The notes beneath the pieces were generated by a model, which was given only the letters and a program-made list of their open reading frames with translations, did not search any database and was not told the origin of the DNA. A stretch of DNA of 64,000 bases from assembly GCA_963806745.1 (NCBI GenBank), contig CAWEAB010000023.1:47063-111062 (forward strand), read 5' to 3'. This DNA comes from an uncultured Acidobacteriaceae bacterium. GTDB taxonomy: Bacteria > Acidobacteriota > Terriglobia > Terriglobales > Acidobacteriaceae. The position numbers and the translations under genes are program-made. This document shows, one piece after another, positions 29,561 to 39,490 of the stretch (positions are counted from its first letter, which is position 1; each line of letters begins with the position of its first letter).

Positions 29561-30574
29561 GTGGTGGAAAAAGAACAAGAGAAAGCCGACGGGAACCAGG
29601 AGCTACTGGCACGGCCCATTCGCGAGCTTGGGCTGCGGCTTGAGGGGTCTCCTGTGGAGCGGTTTGTGGAGCAACTCTACGGCGAACTGGAGGCCAAGCG
29701 GCTGACAAAGTTTCGTCCGACTTGTTATTTGACCGACGAGTGGGGATGCCCGTCGGGTGAGCCGATTATTGGGATCCCGTTCTATCTGGCGAATGCGGAG
29801 CTGGCGCTTTTGGAGAAGCAGGCGCATGACCTGGAAGATGCGCGCGAGATCATGATGTATCTGCGGCATGAGGCGGGGCACGCGTTTACGTATGCGTACA
29901 AGCTGCACACGAAGCCAGAGTGGAAGGAAATGTTCGGGTCGTTCCGGCGGCCTTATCGCGATAACTACCGGCCGGCGCCGTTTTCGCGCGACTATGTGCG
30001 GCACTTGCCGGGATGGTACGCGCAGAAGCATCCGGATGAGGATTTTGCCGAAACGTTTGCGGTGTGGCTGACGCCGCGGTCGAACTGGCGGAAGCGGTAT
30101 CGCGGATGGCCGGCGATGGAAAAGCTGCGATATCTGGATCGGCTGGCGCGGAAGTTGGGAAAAGCGGATCCGGTGCGACGACGCGGCGTAACTGATATCA
30201 CCGTGGATGACATGGAAATTACCGTCGCTGAGTTTTATCACCGGAATGGGCGCGAGGAAGTTGCCGTCACGGAGCTGACTCCGGACACGGATTTGCGGGA
30301 TTTGTTTTCGGTATCGAAGCGGCGGAAGACGGCGATTGGGGCTAGCGAGTTTCTGCGGCAGCATCGCAAGCCGGTGATCGACAAAGTTGCGCAGTGGACG
30401 GGAGCGCAGAGGTCATTGATCAAAACGCTCGTCGACAACATCGAGAAACGGGCGGGAGAGCTTGGACTGCGGGCGGATAAAACCCGCAGTGCGGAGCATC
30501 TGGCAGAAGTGACTGCTTATGCTACCGCTCTCGTTATGACTTACGTAGCGAAGGGAAAGTTTATACAACCGTAG
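29561..30574 (+). CDS. Putative zinc-binding metallopeptidase (HExxH)
   Basis: YLTDEWGCPSGEPIIGIPFYLA, LRHEAGHAFTYAY, WYAQKHPDEDFAETFAVWLTP. This is the family usually annotated as putative zinc-binding metallopeptidase. Confidence 0.75.
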   Translation: MVEKEQEKADGNQELLARPIRELGLRLEGSPVERFVEQLYGELEAKRLTKFRPTCYLTDEWGCPSGEPIIGIPFYLANAELALLEKQAHDLEDAREIMMYLRHEAGHAFTYAYKLHTKPEWKEMFGSFRRPYRDNYRPAPFSRDYVRHLPGWYAQKHPDEDFAETFAVWLTPRSNWRKRYRGWPAMEKLRYLDRLARKLGKADPVRRRGVTDITVDDMEITVAEFYHRNGREEVAVTELTPDTDLRDLFSVSKRRKTAIGASEFLRQHRKPVIDKVAQWTGAQRSLIKTLVDNIEKRAGELGLRADKTRSAEHLAEVTAYATALVMTYVAKGKFIQP

Positions 30575-30667
30575 GAAGGCAGCTATTAGCGATTGGCCAT
30601 TAGCTCTTAGGTAGCACTTCGACTTCGGCTTTCGCTTTGCTTTGGAGATTGGATGATTGGAGCACAC

Positions 30668-31780
30668 ATGAAGATTGCGCTGCTTTATGACTTGTGGAAT
30701 GAGGATCCGGTAGCGGCCGCGGCAAAGGCGGACGCGGCAGACGGAAACGCGGACGACGCAAGCGGTTCGGGGCGTGGCGGTGGCGGCCGGAAGAAGCGCA
30801 AGGCGATCAAGAAGGTCAAGAAAGAGAAGACCGACCGCGAGGAGATCGTCGAGGCGCTGCAGAAGCTGGGGCACGAGACTTCGCATGTGGAGTTGGATGG
30901 GCGTCCACAGTCACTGCATACTTTGGCGAAGTGCGATGCCGATTTGCTTTTTAATCTGACAGAGTCGTTCGACGGCGATGACACGAAGGAAATGAACGTG
31001 GTCGCGTATGTGGACCTGCTCGGTTTGCGGTACACGGGCGCGGGGCCGCACGCACTTTTTCTCTCGCAGGATAAGGCGGTGGCGAAAAAGATCTTTGCTT
31101 TTCACGGAATTCGAACGCCATTCTTCGCGACTTCGTATCGCGGGCGTATTGAACATGCGCATGACATTTCGTTCCCTTTGATTGTGAAGCCGGCCTGGGA
31201 AGACGGGTCGATCGGGATCGATGCGGGCGCGGTCGTGACAAACGTCCGGGAAATGATGCAGCGGATCGAGTACATCCAGGATGAATTCGATTCTCCGGCC
31301 CTGATCGAGGAGTACATCGAGGGGCGCGAGATTTATGCGGGCGTGCTGGGGAGCTATGACAACGCGCAAGTGCTGCCGCTGGTTGAGCTGGACCTGTCGC
31401 GACTTCCCGAGGGCACGCCGAAGATTGCCAGCTACGACGTCAAGTTCGAAAAGAACACAGAGGCTTACAAGCTGACGAAATCGGCGATCGCGGAAGATCT
31501 GGATGAGGCAACTACGAAACGTTTGTCAGATACAGCGGTGGCGGCATACCGGGCGCTGAAGCTGCGCGATTACGGACGTGTTGACATGCGGCTGGCGCCG
31601 AATGGCGATGTGTACGTGATTGAGGCGAATCCGAATCCATGGCTGGCCAGCCGGCAGGAATTTGCCATGGCGGCGAAGGCTTCGGGGCTGTCTTATACAG
31701 AGATGATTGGAACGATTGTCGATCTGGCGATGAGCCGATACGGCAATTCCAACCTGGCGAATGCCGCGACCATGCGGTAA
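30668..31780 (+). CDS. ATP-grasp enzyme of the D-alanine--D-alanine ligase-like family
   Basis: GGAG-6 nt-ATG 30668, MKIALLYDLW. ATP-grasp core FPLIVKPAWEDGSIGI, LIEEYIEGREIY, GRVDMRL...VYVIEANPNP. A Gly/Lys-rich low-complexity stretch GGGGRKKRKAIKKVKKEK sits near the N-terminus. Confidence 0.8.
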   Translation: MKIALLYDLWNEDPVAAAAKADAADGNADDASGSGRGGGGRKKRKAIKKVKKEKTDREEIVEALQKLGHETSHVELDGRPQSLHTLAKCDADLLFNLTESFDGDDTKEMNVVAYVDLLGLRYTGAGPHALFLSQDKAVAKKIFAFHGIRTPFFATSYRGRIEHAHDISFPLIVKPAWEDGSIGIDAGAVVTNVREMMQRIEYIQDEFDSPALIEEYIEGREIYAGVLGSYDNAQVLPLVELDLSRLPEGTPKIASYDVKFEKNTEAYKLTKSAIAEDLDEATTKRLSDTAVAAYRALKLRDYGRVDMRLAPNGDVYVIEANPNPWLASRQEFAMAAKASGLSYTEMIGTIVDLAMSRYGNSNLANAATMR

Positions 31781-31811
31781 GACCGTTGATCGCTATTTGA
31801 ATTTCAGCTCG

Positions 31812-33524
31812 TTAGCGTGCTGTGCCGGCGCCCGCCGGCTGCAATCTTTCGTACACTTCTTCGGCGCGCTGCAAGGCCGCCTGCACGTTGTCGCAGATGT
31901 TTTCCTTCCCGACTAACTCCTCGAACTCGGTCTCCTGTATCAGGCGCAAGGGTTGCTCACGCGCTCCGCAGAGGATCAGTTCGCGGCCGCTTGCTTTGAG
32001 TGTTCGAGCCACCTCTTCGAGCGCGAACAGGCCGGTCGCATCGAGGGCAGTCATGTTGCGCAGCCGCAGAATGACTACCGGCGGAATCTTGTGGATGTTC
32101 TCAGTGACTACGGCGATCTTGTCGGTCGCGCCGAACAGGAACGGTCCGTGAATACGGAAGATGGTTGCGTAATAGGGGATGTCCTTATCTTGCAGGATGT
32201 GGACGCGGCCGTCTTCGATGTAGTCGTCGGTGACCTGCGAGACCGTAGTGGTGGCGGCTACTCGGCTGATGAAGAGTAACGCAGCGAGGATCATGCCAGC
32301 CTGGACGGCGACGGTGAGATCGGCAAATACGGTGAGGGCGAAGGTGACCAGCCAGACACTGACGTCGGTCTTGGTCAGTTTGAGCAGGCCAGGGATTTCG
32401 AGCCACTCGCCCATGTTGTAGGAGACAACCATCAGGATGCCAGCGAGGACCGCCATGGGCACGAAGCGCACCCAGTGCGAGGCGAACAAAATAATCGAGA
32501 GCAGGGTGAGCGAGTGAATGATTCCCGCTACCGGCGACTGCGCACCGGCGCGAATGTTAGTGGCTGTGCGAGCGATGGCGCCAGTGGCCGGCAAGCCGCC
32601 AAACATCGGAGAGATGACATTGGCCACACCTTGTGCAACGAGTTCGACATTCGGATTGTGGCGGTCGTTCGACATGCGGTCAGAGACTACCGCGGACATC
32701 AGGGATTCGATCGCGCCCAGCATAGCGACGGTGAGCGCCGGGCCCAGCAGTCCGTGGATCAACTCGGGGCGGAATGTGGGGATCTGAAAATGCGGAAGGC
32801 CGCTGGGGATGCCTCCGAAGCGGCTGGCAATGGTTTCGACCGGCAGCTTGAAAACTTCAACGATGATGGTGCCCAGGACCATGGCGACGATGGCGCCGGG
32901 AATGCGAATGGAGATTCCGCGACAGACGACGATGATGACAACAGTACCGGCGGCGAGCAGCGTGGCTTCGATGGAGATGGTGTGAAAGCTTTGAGCCAGG
33001 GCTTCCATGCGTTGCCAGAAAACGCCGGGAACCTTTTCGAGCTTCAGACCGAAGAAATCTTTTACCTGGGTGCTGGCGATGAGAATGGCGATGCCATTGG
33101 TGAATCCTATGACGATGGGGCGCGGGATGTACTTTACCGCGGTGCCGGCGCCGGTCAGGCCCATGATCATGAGGATGACGCCGGCCATCATCGTGCAGAG
33201 GAAGAGGCCGTCCACTCCGTGCAGGGCAACGATTCCCGAAACCACAACCACGAAGGCGCCGGTGGGGCCTCCAATTTGTGTTTTCGACCCGCCTAACAGG
33301 GAAATCAGAAAGCCGGTGACGATGGCGCAGTAGATGCCGGCCTGCGGCGTGAGACCTGAGGCGATGGAAAATGCCATCGCCAGCGGCAGAGCGACCAGAC
33401 CGACGGTAATTCCGGCAATTACGTCGTGCAGAAACTTGCTGCGGTTGTAATCACGCAGGCAGAGAACGGACTTTGGAAGCCACTGGTCCCCCAAGAGGGA
33501 TTCGATCGAGAAAGCAGGAGCCAT
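31812..33524 (-). CDS. SulP-family anion transporter with C-terminal STAS domain
   Basis: DVIAGITVGLVALPLAMAF and many TM segments. STAS end VILRLRNMTALDATGLFALEEV. ATG 33524 (MAPAFSIESLL) is preferred over the longest-ORF start 33683. Confidence 0.85.
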   Translation of the reverse strand: MAPAFSIESLLGDQWLPKSVLCLRDYNRSKFLHDVIAGITVGLVALPLAMAFSIASGLTPQAGIYCAIVTGFLISLLGGSKTQIGGPTGAFVVVVSGIVALHGVDGLFLCTMMAGVILMIMGLTGAGTAVKYIPRPIVIGFTNGIAILIASTQVKDFFGLKLEKVPGVFWQRMEALAQSFHTISIEATLLAAGTVVIIVVCRGISIRIPGAIVAMVLGTIIVEVFKLPVETIASRFGGIPSGLPHFQIPTFRPELIHGLLGPALTVAMLGAIESLMSAVVSDRMSNDRHNPNVELVAQGVANVISPMFGGLPATGAIARTATNIRAGAQSPVAGIIHSLTLLSIILFASHWVRFVPMAVLAGILMVVSYNMGEWLEIPGLLKLTKTDVSVWLVTFALTVFADLTVAVQAGMILAALLFISRVAATTTVSQVTDDYIEDGRVHILQDKDIPYYATIFRIHGPFLFGATDKIAVVTENIHKIPPVVILRLRNMTALDATGLFALEEVARTLKASGRELILCGAREQPLRLIQETEFEELVGKENICDNVQAALQRAEEVYERLQPAGAGTAR

Positions 33525-33689
33525 GTTAGTAGCAATTATCGCAGGGAGGGCTTGAGCTGTGCGTGTGACGGCGGGCACGTAGGTAATAGGCGGCGCGACG
33601 TTATTCTGTAAAAGACAAGGCTGCCTGAAATCCGGCAGCCTTGCGAAGCTGTTAAGCAGCGCGGACAAGGGGGTCCGCGCCATACGTTT

Positions 33690-35121
33690 CTAGAACAGAT
33701 TCCACAGATACTGGTTGTAGACGTCGTGGTGGTATTGCACCTCGGGCGCCTTGACGAATGTGCCCAGCAGGCGGGGGCAGCGGTCGGCTGAGGCCTGTTT
33801 CAGGTCGGCATAGCGGCCTTTCACGTCTTCGCCTAGAAGCTTCGAGGTCCACTCCGCTTTGCGGAAATCTTCCATGGCGGTGTAGATGTTGTCGGGCAGA
33901 TAGCGCTCGGCCTGGCGGAGGTTCTTGATCTTCGAGGTTGTGCCTTCGAGTCCGGTCTTGAAGATCGAGAGCATGACCATGTAGGGATTCGCGTCGGGGG
34001 CGACGGAGCGCACTTCTACGCGCATGCTGCGCTCGTTGCCGATAGGAATGCGGATCATCGAACCGCGATCCACGGGAGATGCCTTGATCTGGTTGGGCGC
34101 TTCGAAGTGCGGATCGAGGCGGCGATAAGCGTTGACGCTCGGATTCAGCAACAGGCAAATGTCATTGCCGTGCGTGAGGATGCGATCCAGAAACTCCCAG
34201 CCGGACTTGCTAAGTTTCTCTTCGCCTTTCGGGTCCCAGAAAATGTTCTTGCCGCCTTTGCTGATGGAAACGTTGGTGTGCATGCCGCTGCCGTTTACGC
34301 CGACCACCGGTTTCGGCAGGAAACAGGCGGTCAATCCCATGTTGCGCGCCACCTGGCGGCAGATGAGTTTGTAGAGCTGGATGTGGTCGGCGGCAGCGAC
34401 GACCTCGGCGTAGTTGTAGTTGATTTCGAACTGCGAGGGCGCGACCTCGGGATGATCCTTTTCGTTCTGGAAGCCCATGGCGCGCTGGACTTCGGCGGTG
34501 GTGTCGATGAAGGTCCGCAGCGGATCGCCGGGCAGAGAGTGATAGTAGCCACCGGTGTTGACGTATTCGAACTTTGCCGGTCTCGTGATAGGTGCGTTCG
34601 GCGTCGGCGCCTTTGAAGAGGAAGCCTTCGATTTCATTGGCCGCGTTGAGCGTGTAGCCGTTCTTCTTGAACTGACCTTCGGCGAAAGTTTTGAGGACGC
34701 CGCGCATATCGGCGGAGTAGGGTTCGCCACCCTTGTCGATGACTTCGCCGAAGACGAGAACTTTGCCCGGCCCAAAGACATCGGCGGGAGCCCAGTAGAA
34801 TGCGGCCCAATCGATGCCGAGGCGGAGATCGCTTTCGCGCTGGGCGGTGAAACCGCGAATAGAAGAGCCGTCGAACGTAAGATTGTCGTAGCTCTTAAGG
34901 AGAAACTTCTTGTCGTAGTCGAGCATGTGCAGACGGCCTTCGAGGTCGCTGAACAGGACGGTCACGGCCTTGATGCGTCCTTCGTCGGCGAGGTATTTCA
35001 GGCGGTCTTCCTGGATCTTGCCGGGAGAGACGCGGTCGAGGCGCTGCTTCTTCGCCTTGAGATTCATTTCTTCGAGTTCGTCGTAGGGGATCGAGAGAAA
35101 GTTGCGCAGTTCAGTTGACAT
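33690..35121 (-). CDS. glnA: Glutamine synthetase family protein, frame broken at about 34572
   Basis: AGGAGAGG before ATG 35121. Beta-grasp part VLFSDLEGRLH...FDGSSIRGF; catalytic part KPVVGVNGSGMHTNVS, NAYRRL. ETGK/FEYVNTGGYY joins when one base is removed from GGCAAAGTTCGAA. The span is 3n+1. Confidence 0.85.
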
Positions 35122-35332
35122 GCCTCTCCTCTTTTGGAAATCGCGTTCTAAAAAACACGTTCGCAAACAGCCACGTTCGGGCCGAGCCCGGAATAGTTGG
35201 GCGTGGGGATGAACATAATAAGGTAGCGCGGCGAGGGGAATGAGACAAATAGAAATCGATTATGGAGGGGATTAGGGAGATTTATTCAGTGAAAGTGCAT
35301 CGGTTCCGGTGCAATGTGCGGGCGAGATCGGG

Positions 35333-35371
35333 CTATTGAATCACTGAGCGATTGAGACATTGAATCATTGG
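35333..35371. repeat. Short direct repeats ATTGAATCA / ATTGAGACATTGAATCATTGG
   Basis: Read directly in the glnA / Cys-rich protein divergent intergenic region. Confidence 0.5.
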
Positions 35372-35448
35372 AAAATCCCACCGTGCCCACAGCCAGTGGC
35401 TGATGCCTTCATCGCGTTAGTGAAATATGGATCCGTGAAATAATCGAA

Positions 35449-36168
35449 GTGCGAGGAATGCCTGTGAGTTGCGCGATTTGCGAGGTGCGGAAAGAAAAGC
35501 GGTTTTGTCCGGCGGTGCATGGGCGGATTTGTGCGCAGTGCTGCGGGGAGCAGCGCGAGGTCACGCTCGACTGCCCGAGCGATTGTATTTATCTCTTGCA
35601 GGCGCGACAGCAGGTTCGGGAGAACGAGAGACCGCGGGACACTGCGGAGTTGGATCGGGCCGCGATGTTCCCTGACGTTGAGATCGGGGAGCAGTTTCTT
35701 TATGAACGTGAGGAGCTAATCATGGGCCTGAGCTTTGCTCTGGCAAAGAGCGCGCGAAGTGGGGCCGGAATTGGCGACGCGTTCGGGTCGTCCGGGAACC
35801 GTTCGCTCACGGATCGCGATCTGATTGGAGCGCTAAGCTCGCTGGCGCAAAGCTACAGAACGCTGGTTCAGTCGAGCCTGATTTACGAGCAGGCGACGGC
35901 GAATCCAGTGCAACAGCAGGTGGCGCGCGACCTGGAAACGATGGTGAAGGAGTTTCGCGAGGCGGAGGTGAAGCATCTGGGATACTCGCGGCTGCGGGAT
36001 TCGGAGGTGCTGAAAGCACTCGTATTTTTGCTCCGGATGGGAATTGCCCGCACTTCGGGGCGGCCGAAATCGCGGGCATTCGTGGATTTTCTGCTGGCGC
36101 AGTTTCCGGTGAAGGCGGCTGGGATTGCGGCGCCGGAGGAGAGTTCGAGCCGGATTGTGATTCCGTGA
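35449..36168 (+). CDS. Hypothetical protein with an N-terminal Cys-rich (probable zinc-binding) region
   Basis: CAICEVRKEKRFCPAVHGRICAQCCGEQREVTLDCPSDC. The start is uncertain (GTG 35449, ATG 35458, or GTG 35464 with GAGGA 6 nt upstream). Confidence 0.55.
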   Translation: MRGMPVSCAICEVRKEKRFCPAVHGRICAQCCGEQREVTLDCPSDCIYLLQARQQVRENERPRDTAELDRAAMFPDVEIGEQFLYEREELIMGLSFALAKSARSGAGIGDAFGSSGNRSLTDRDLIGALSSLAQSYRTLVQSSLIYEQATANPVQQQVARDLETMVKEFREAEVKHLGYSRLRDSEVLKALVFLLRMGIARTSGRPKSRAFVDFLLAQFPVKAAGIAAPEESSSRIVIP

Positions 36169-36239
36169 AAGCCGCCGGGCTGAGTCATTGTCACCGGTTG
36201 CCAATTCTGGCAGCAGGCTCGGGTCTTAGCGCTCGGGGA

Positions 36240-36734
36240 TTACGCATTTTTCTCACCTACTCTGCGCACGATTTGCCCTTCCTTCAGAGCTTCCAATAAT
36301 TCAATTGCTTTCTTGTTGAGGACCGGATGGCGGGCATCGGGGGCGATCTCGACCAAGGGCTCGAGAACGAACCTGCGCTCCTGCATGGCGGGATGAGGGA
36401 TTGCCAAGCCGGGCTCGCTGACGACTTGATCGCCGAAAAGGACTATATCGATGTCGATTTTGCGCGGACCCTTGTCGCCAAAGCGCATGCGGCCCATATC
36501 GGTCTCGATGGAGAGTGCGGACTTCAGCAGTTTGCGCGGGGACTCTTCGGTTTCGAGTTTAAGTACACAATTCAGAAACCATGGCTGGTTTGTGAACTCA
36601 ACCGGCTGCGTTTCGTAGAATGCCGAAAGGGCGCGAATCGAACCGACGGACTTCAATTGCGCGATCGCTTCGCGCAGGTTGGCTTCGCGGTCTCCGAGGT
36701 TCGAACCTAGCGATAAGTAGGCGACTTCTGCCAT
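36240..36734 (-). CDS. folK: 2-amino-4-hydroxy-6-hydroxymethyldihydropteridine diphosphokinase (HPPK)
   Basis: AYLSLGSNLGDREANL, ETQPVEFTNQPWFLN, IDIDIVLFGD, IPHPAMQERRFVLEPL. Confidence 0.9.
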   Translation of the reverse strand: MAEVAYLSLGSNLGDREANLREAIAQLKSVGSIRALSAFYETQPVEFTNQPWFLNCVLKLETEESPRKLLKSALSIETDMGRMRFGDKGPRKIDIDIVLFGDQVVSEPGLAIPHPAMQERRFVLEPLVEIAPDARHPVLNKKAIELLEALKEGQIVRRVGEKNA

Positions 36735-36764
36735 TTGTTCTTTTCAAAACGCGGGATTTTCCAA

Positions 36765-38192
36765 TCACTCGCGGGTCGGAGACAGATCGCGAGCACTCGC
36801 CAGAGAACGCACGGCGTCTTTGAAGACGCTGCCGCGATGCTCGTAGTTCTGGAACTGGTCGAAGCTGGAACAGGCCGGCGCGAGGAGAACGATGTCGCCG
36901 GGGACGGCGGAGGCGGAGGCGCGCTGGACTGCGTTTTCCAGAGTTTCGGCGTGATCGATTTCGGCGGCGGATTGAATGTGGGATTCGATTTTGGCGGCGG
37001 CCGCACCGATGGTGTAGACGCGCTTGACGCGGGCGCGCAGCAGATCGTTGAGAACGGTATAGTCGCTGCCCTTGTCTTTACCACCAAGGATGAGGTGAAT
37101 GTTGGCGGGGAAAGATTCGAGGGCTTTTATGGTGGCGTCGACATTGGTGGCCTTAGAGTCGTTGTAGTAATCGACGCCTGCGACTTGGGCTACAAATTCG
37201 AGACGGTGTTCGACGGCTTTGAAGTTCTGTACAGCTCGCCGAATTTGGGCGGGATGGGCGCCGGTTAACATGCCAACGGAGATGGCGGCCAGAACGTTTT
37301 CGAGGTTGTGAGCGCCCTTGAGTGGAATTTCGTTTAGCGCCATGATTTCGTGCTCGCCTTCTGGAGTTTGCGTACTGCCAGCCACGCCAGCAGACAGGAG
37401 TGTCGGGGCTACACCGCGGAAGTAGATGTGCGCGCCACGGACGAAGGCTCCGACGGCGATTTCTTTTTTCCGGCTGAAGAGGACGCGCTGGGCTAGCGTG
37501 CGCTCGGCCAGATCGATGGTGGCGGGATCGTCGGCGTTCAGCACGGTGAAATCTTCGGGGCCCTGATTTTCGAAGATGCGGGCTTTTGCGTTGACGTAGT
37601 TCGCGAACGTCTTGTGGCGGTCGAGATGATCGGGCGTGATGTTGAGGATCACGGCGATGCGCGGGCGGAAGTCGACGATGGTTTCCAGCTGAAAGCTGGA
37701 CACTTCAAGAACGGTCCAAGTCTTGGGCGTGGCTCGATCAACAAAGCTGATGGCCGGCGTCCCGATGTTGCCGCCTACAAGAACAGGAATGTTTGCGGCA
37801 GCGAGGATTTCTCCGGTGAGGCTGGTGGTGGTGGTTTTGCCGTTAGCTCCGGTGATGGCGGCGATTGGGCCGGGTAGAAAGTGCGCTGCCAGTTCGATCT
37901 CGCCGATGACTTTTTCGCCGAGGCTGCGGGCCTGGACGAGTTGCGGAGCGTCGACGGGAACGCCCGGGCTGACAACGATGAGATCCTGATCGCGAAAGGT
38001 GCGGTCGCCGTGGCCGCCGGTTTCGACGGCGATTCCATGCTCGAGGAGAAGCAGGATTTCGTTGCGCAGTTCGGCTTCGGGCTTGGAGTCGGAAACGGTG
38101 ACCCGGGCGCCGCGAGACTTTAGAAAGAGAGCGGAGGCCACGCCGGATTTGCCGAGGCCGACTACGAGCACGCGTTTGTCTTGCAGATCCAT
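36765..38192 (-). CDS. murD: UDP-N-acetylmuramoylalanine--D-glutamate ligase
   Basis: MDLQDKRVLVVGLGKSGVASALFL, ITGANGKTTT, and C-terminal Mur ligase domains. The first 19 codons of track ORF 36765-38249 are a REP element (SFRAERGICFSS). Confidence 0.9.
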   Translation of the reverse strand: MDLQDKRVLVVGLGKSGVASALFLKSRGARVTVSDSKPEAELRNEILLLLEHGIAVETGGHGDRTFRDQDLIVVSPGVPVDAPQLVQARSLGEKVIGEIELAAHFLPGPIAAITGANGKTTTTSLTGEILAAANIPVLVGGNIGTPAISFVDRATPKTWTVLEVSSFQLETIVDFRPRIAVILNITPDHLDRHKTFANYVNAKARIFENQGPEDFTVLNADDPATIDLAERTLAQRVLFSRKKEIAVGAFVRGAHIYFRGVAPTLLSAGVAGSTQTPEGEHEIMALNEIPLKGAHNLENVLAAISVGMLTGAHPAQIRRAVQNFKAVEHRLEFVAQVAGVDYYNDSKATNVDATIKALESFPANIHLILGGKDKGSDYTVLNDLLRARVKRVYTIGAAAAKIESHIQSAAEIDHAETLENAVQRASASAVPGDIVLLAPACSSFDQFQNYEHRGSVFKDAVRSLASARDLSPTRE

Positions 38193-38220
38193 GGATGTGT
38201 TCCAGTAGGGCGAAGAAAAG

Positions 38221-38248
38221 CAGATTCCTCGCTCTGCTCGGAATGACA
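38221..38248. repeat. REP-like element, family B variant
   Basis: CAGATTCCTCGCTCTGCTCGGAATGACA, between mraY and murD. Confidence 0.6.
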
Positions 38249-38272
38249 ATTCTAAATGAATTGCTTGACGTC

Positions 38273-39406
38273 TTACCTTAACTTCAGGGTCGTTAGCGCA
38301 AACAGCGCGAACACTAGCGACGCAATCCAGAAGCGCACGATCACCTTCGACTCCGACCAGCCTAGCAGTTCGAAATGGTGATGGATGGGCGCCATCTTGA
38401 AAATTCTTTTCTTGCGCAGCTTGTAAGAGCCAACCTGCAGGATCACCGAGAGCGCTTCGATGACGAAGACTCCGCCAATGAAAGGGAGCAGTAGCTCCTG
38501 CTTGATCATGACGGCAACGGTGCCGATGGCGCCGCCGAGGGCGAGCGAGCCTACGTCGCCCATGAAAACTTCGGCGGGATGCGCGTTGTACCAGAGGAAT
38601 CCGATGGAGGAGCCGACCATGGCTCCGCAGAAGATCGTGAGTTCGCCGATCTGCGGCATGCGCTGGAGTTCAAGATAGTTCGCGAAGGTGGCGTGGCCGC
38701 TGAGGTAGGTGAGTACGGCGAGCGCTCCGGCAGCGATGACGGTGCAGCCAATGGCGAGGCCGTCGAGGCCGTCGGTAAGATTGACGGCGTTACTGGACCC
38801 AACAATTACGATCACGACGAAGGCAACGAATGGCAGAAAGGCTATGGGCCAGAGATGAGGATTTCTTGCCAAGTGCTCGATTACGAGGTCGGGCTTGAAC
38901 TGCTTGAAAAATGGAACGACGAGTTTGGTGGAATATTCTCCGCGATGGTCGAGCACGATAAGAGCAATAGCGATGACGATGCTGGAGGCAATCTGGTAGC
39001 CAAGTTTGGCACGCGCCGTCAGACCCAGGTTGCGGCGATGAACGACTTTCAGGTAATCGTCGGTAAATCCGATGGCCGCAAAGGCTAGTGTAGCGAAGAC
39101 GGCAATCCACACGAAGGGATTACTGAGATCGGCCCAAAGCAGCGTCGGGACGAGGATGGCGATGGCGATGAGCAGGCCGCCCATGGTGGGAGTGCCGGCT
39201 TTTTTCTGGTGAGCTTGTGGGCCTTCTTCGCGAATGTACTGGCCGATTTGAAAATCGCGCAGACGCTGGATGACGATTGGACCGACGATGAGTCCGGTGA
39301 AAAGCGCGGTGAGACTCGCGAACGCAGTGCGGAACGTGAGATAACGAAAAATACGGAAAGGCGGGAAGTAATGAAAGAGCTTCAGATATAAGAGCCAGTA
39401 AAGCAA
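38273..39406 (-). CDS. mraY: Phospho-N-acetylmuramoyl-pentapeptide transferase
   Basis: 377 aa, polytopic. KKAGTPTMGG, NAVNLTDGLDGLA, MGDVGSLALGG, APIHHHFEL. Confidence 0.95.
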   Translation of the reverse strand: MLYWLLYLKLFHYFPPFRIFRYLTFRTAFASLTALFTGLIVGPIVIQRLRDFQIGQYIREEGPQAHQKKAGTPTMGGLLIAIAILVPTLLWADLSNPFVWIAVFATLAFAAIGFTDDYLKVVHRRNLGLTARAKLGYQIASSIVIAIALIVLDHRGEYSTKLVVPFFKQFKPDLVIEHLARNPHLWPIAFLPFVAFVVIVIVGSSNAVNLTDGLDGLAIGCTVIAAGALAVLTYLSGHATFANYLELQRMPQIGELTIFCGAMVGSSIGFLWYNAHPAEVFMGDVGSLALGGAIGTVAVMIKQELLLPFIGGVFVIEALSVILQVGSYKLRKKRIFKMAPIHHHFELLGWSESKVIVRFWIASLVFALFALTTLKLR

Positions 39407-39423
39407 TCCGCCTCCGAAAAAAC

Positions 39424-39490
39424 AGCTGTCAGCTCTCAGCCGTCAGCTCTCAAAAACACGTTTTCAGTTGTCAGTTGTCGGTTCTCAGTT
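39424..39490. repeat. Low-complexity repeat, family F (GTCAGCTCTCAG / CAGTTGTCAGTTGTCGGTTCTCAG)
   Basis: Read directly between murF and mraY. Confidence 0.5.
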
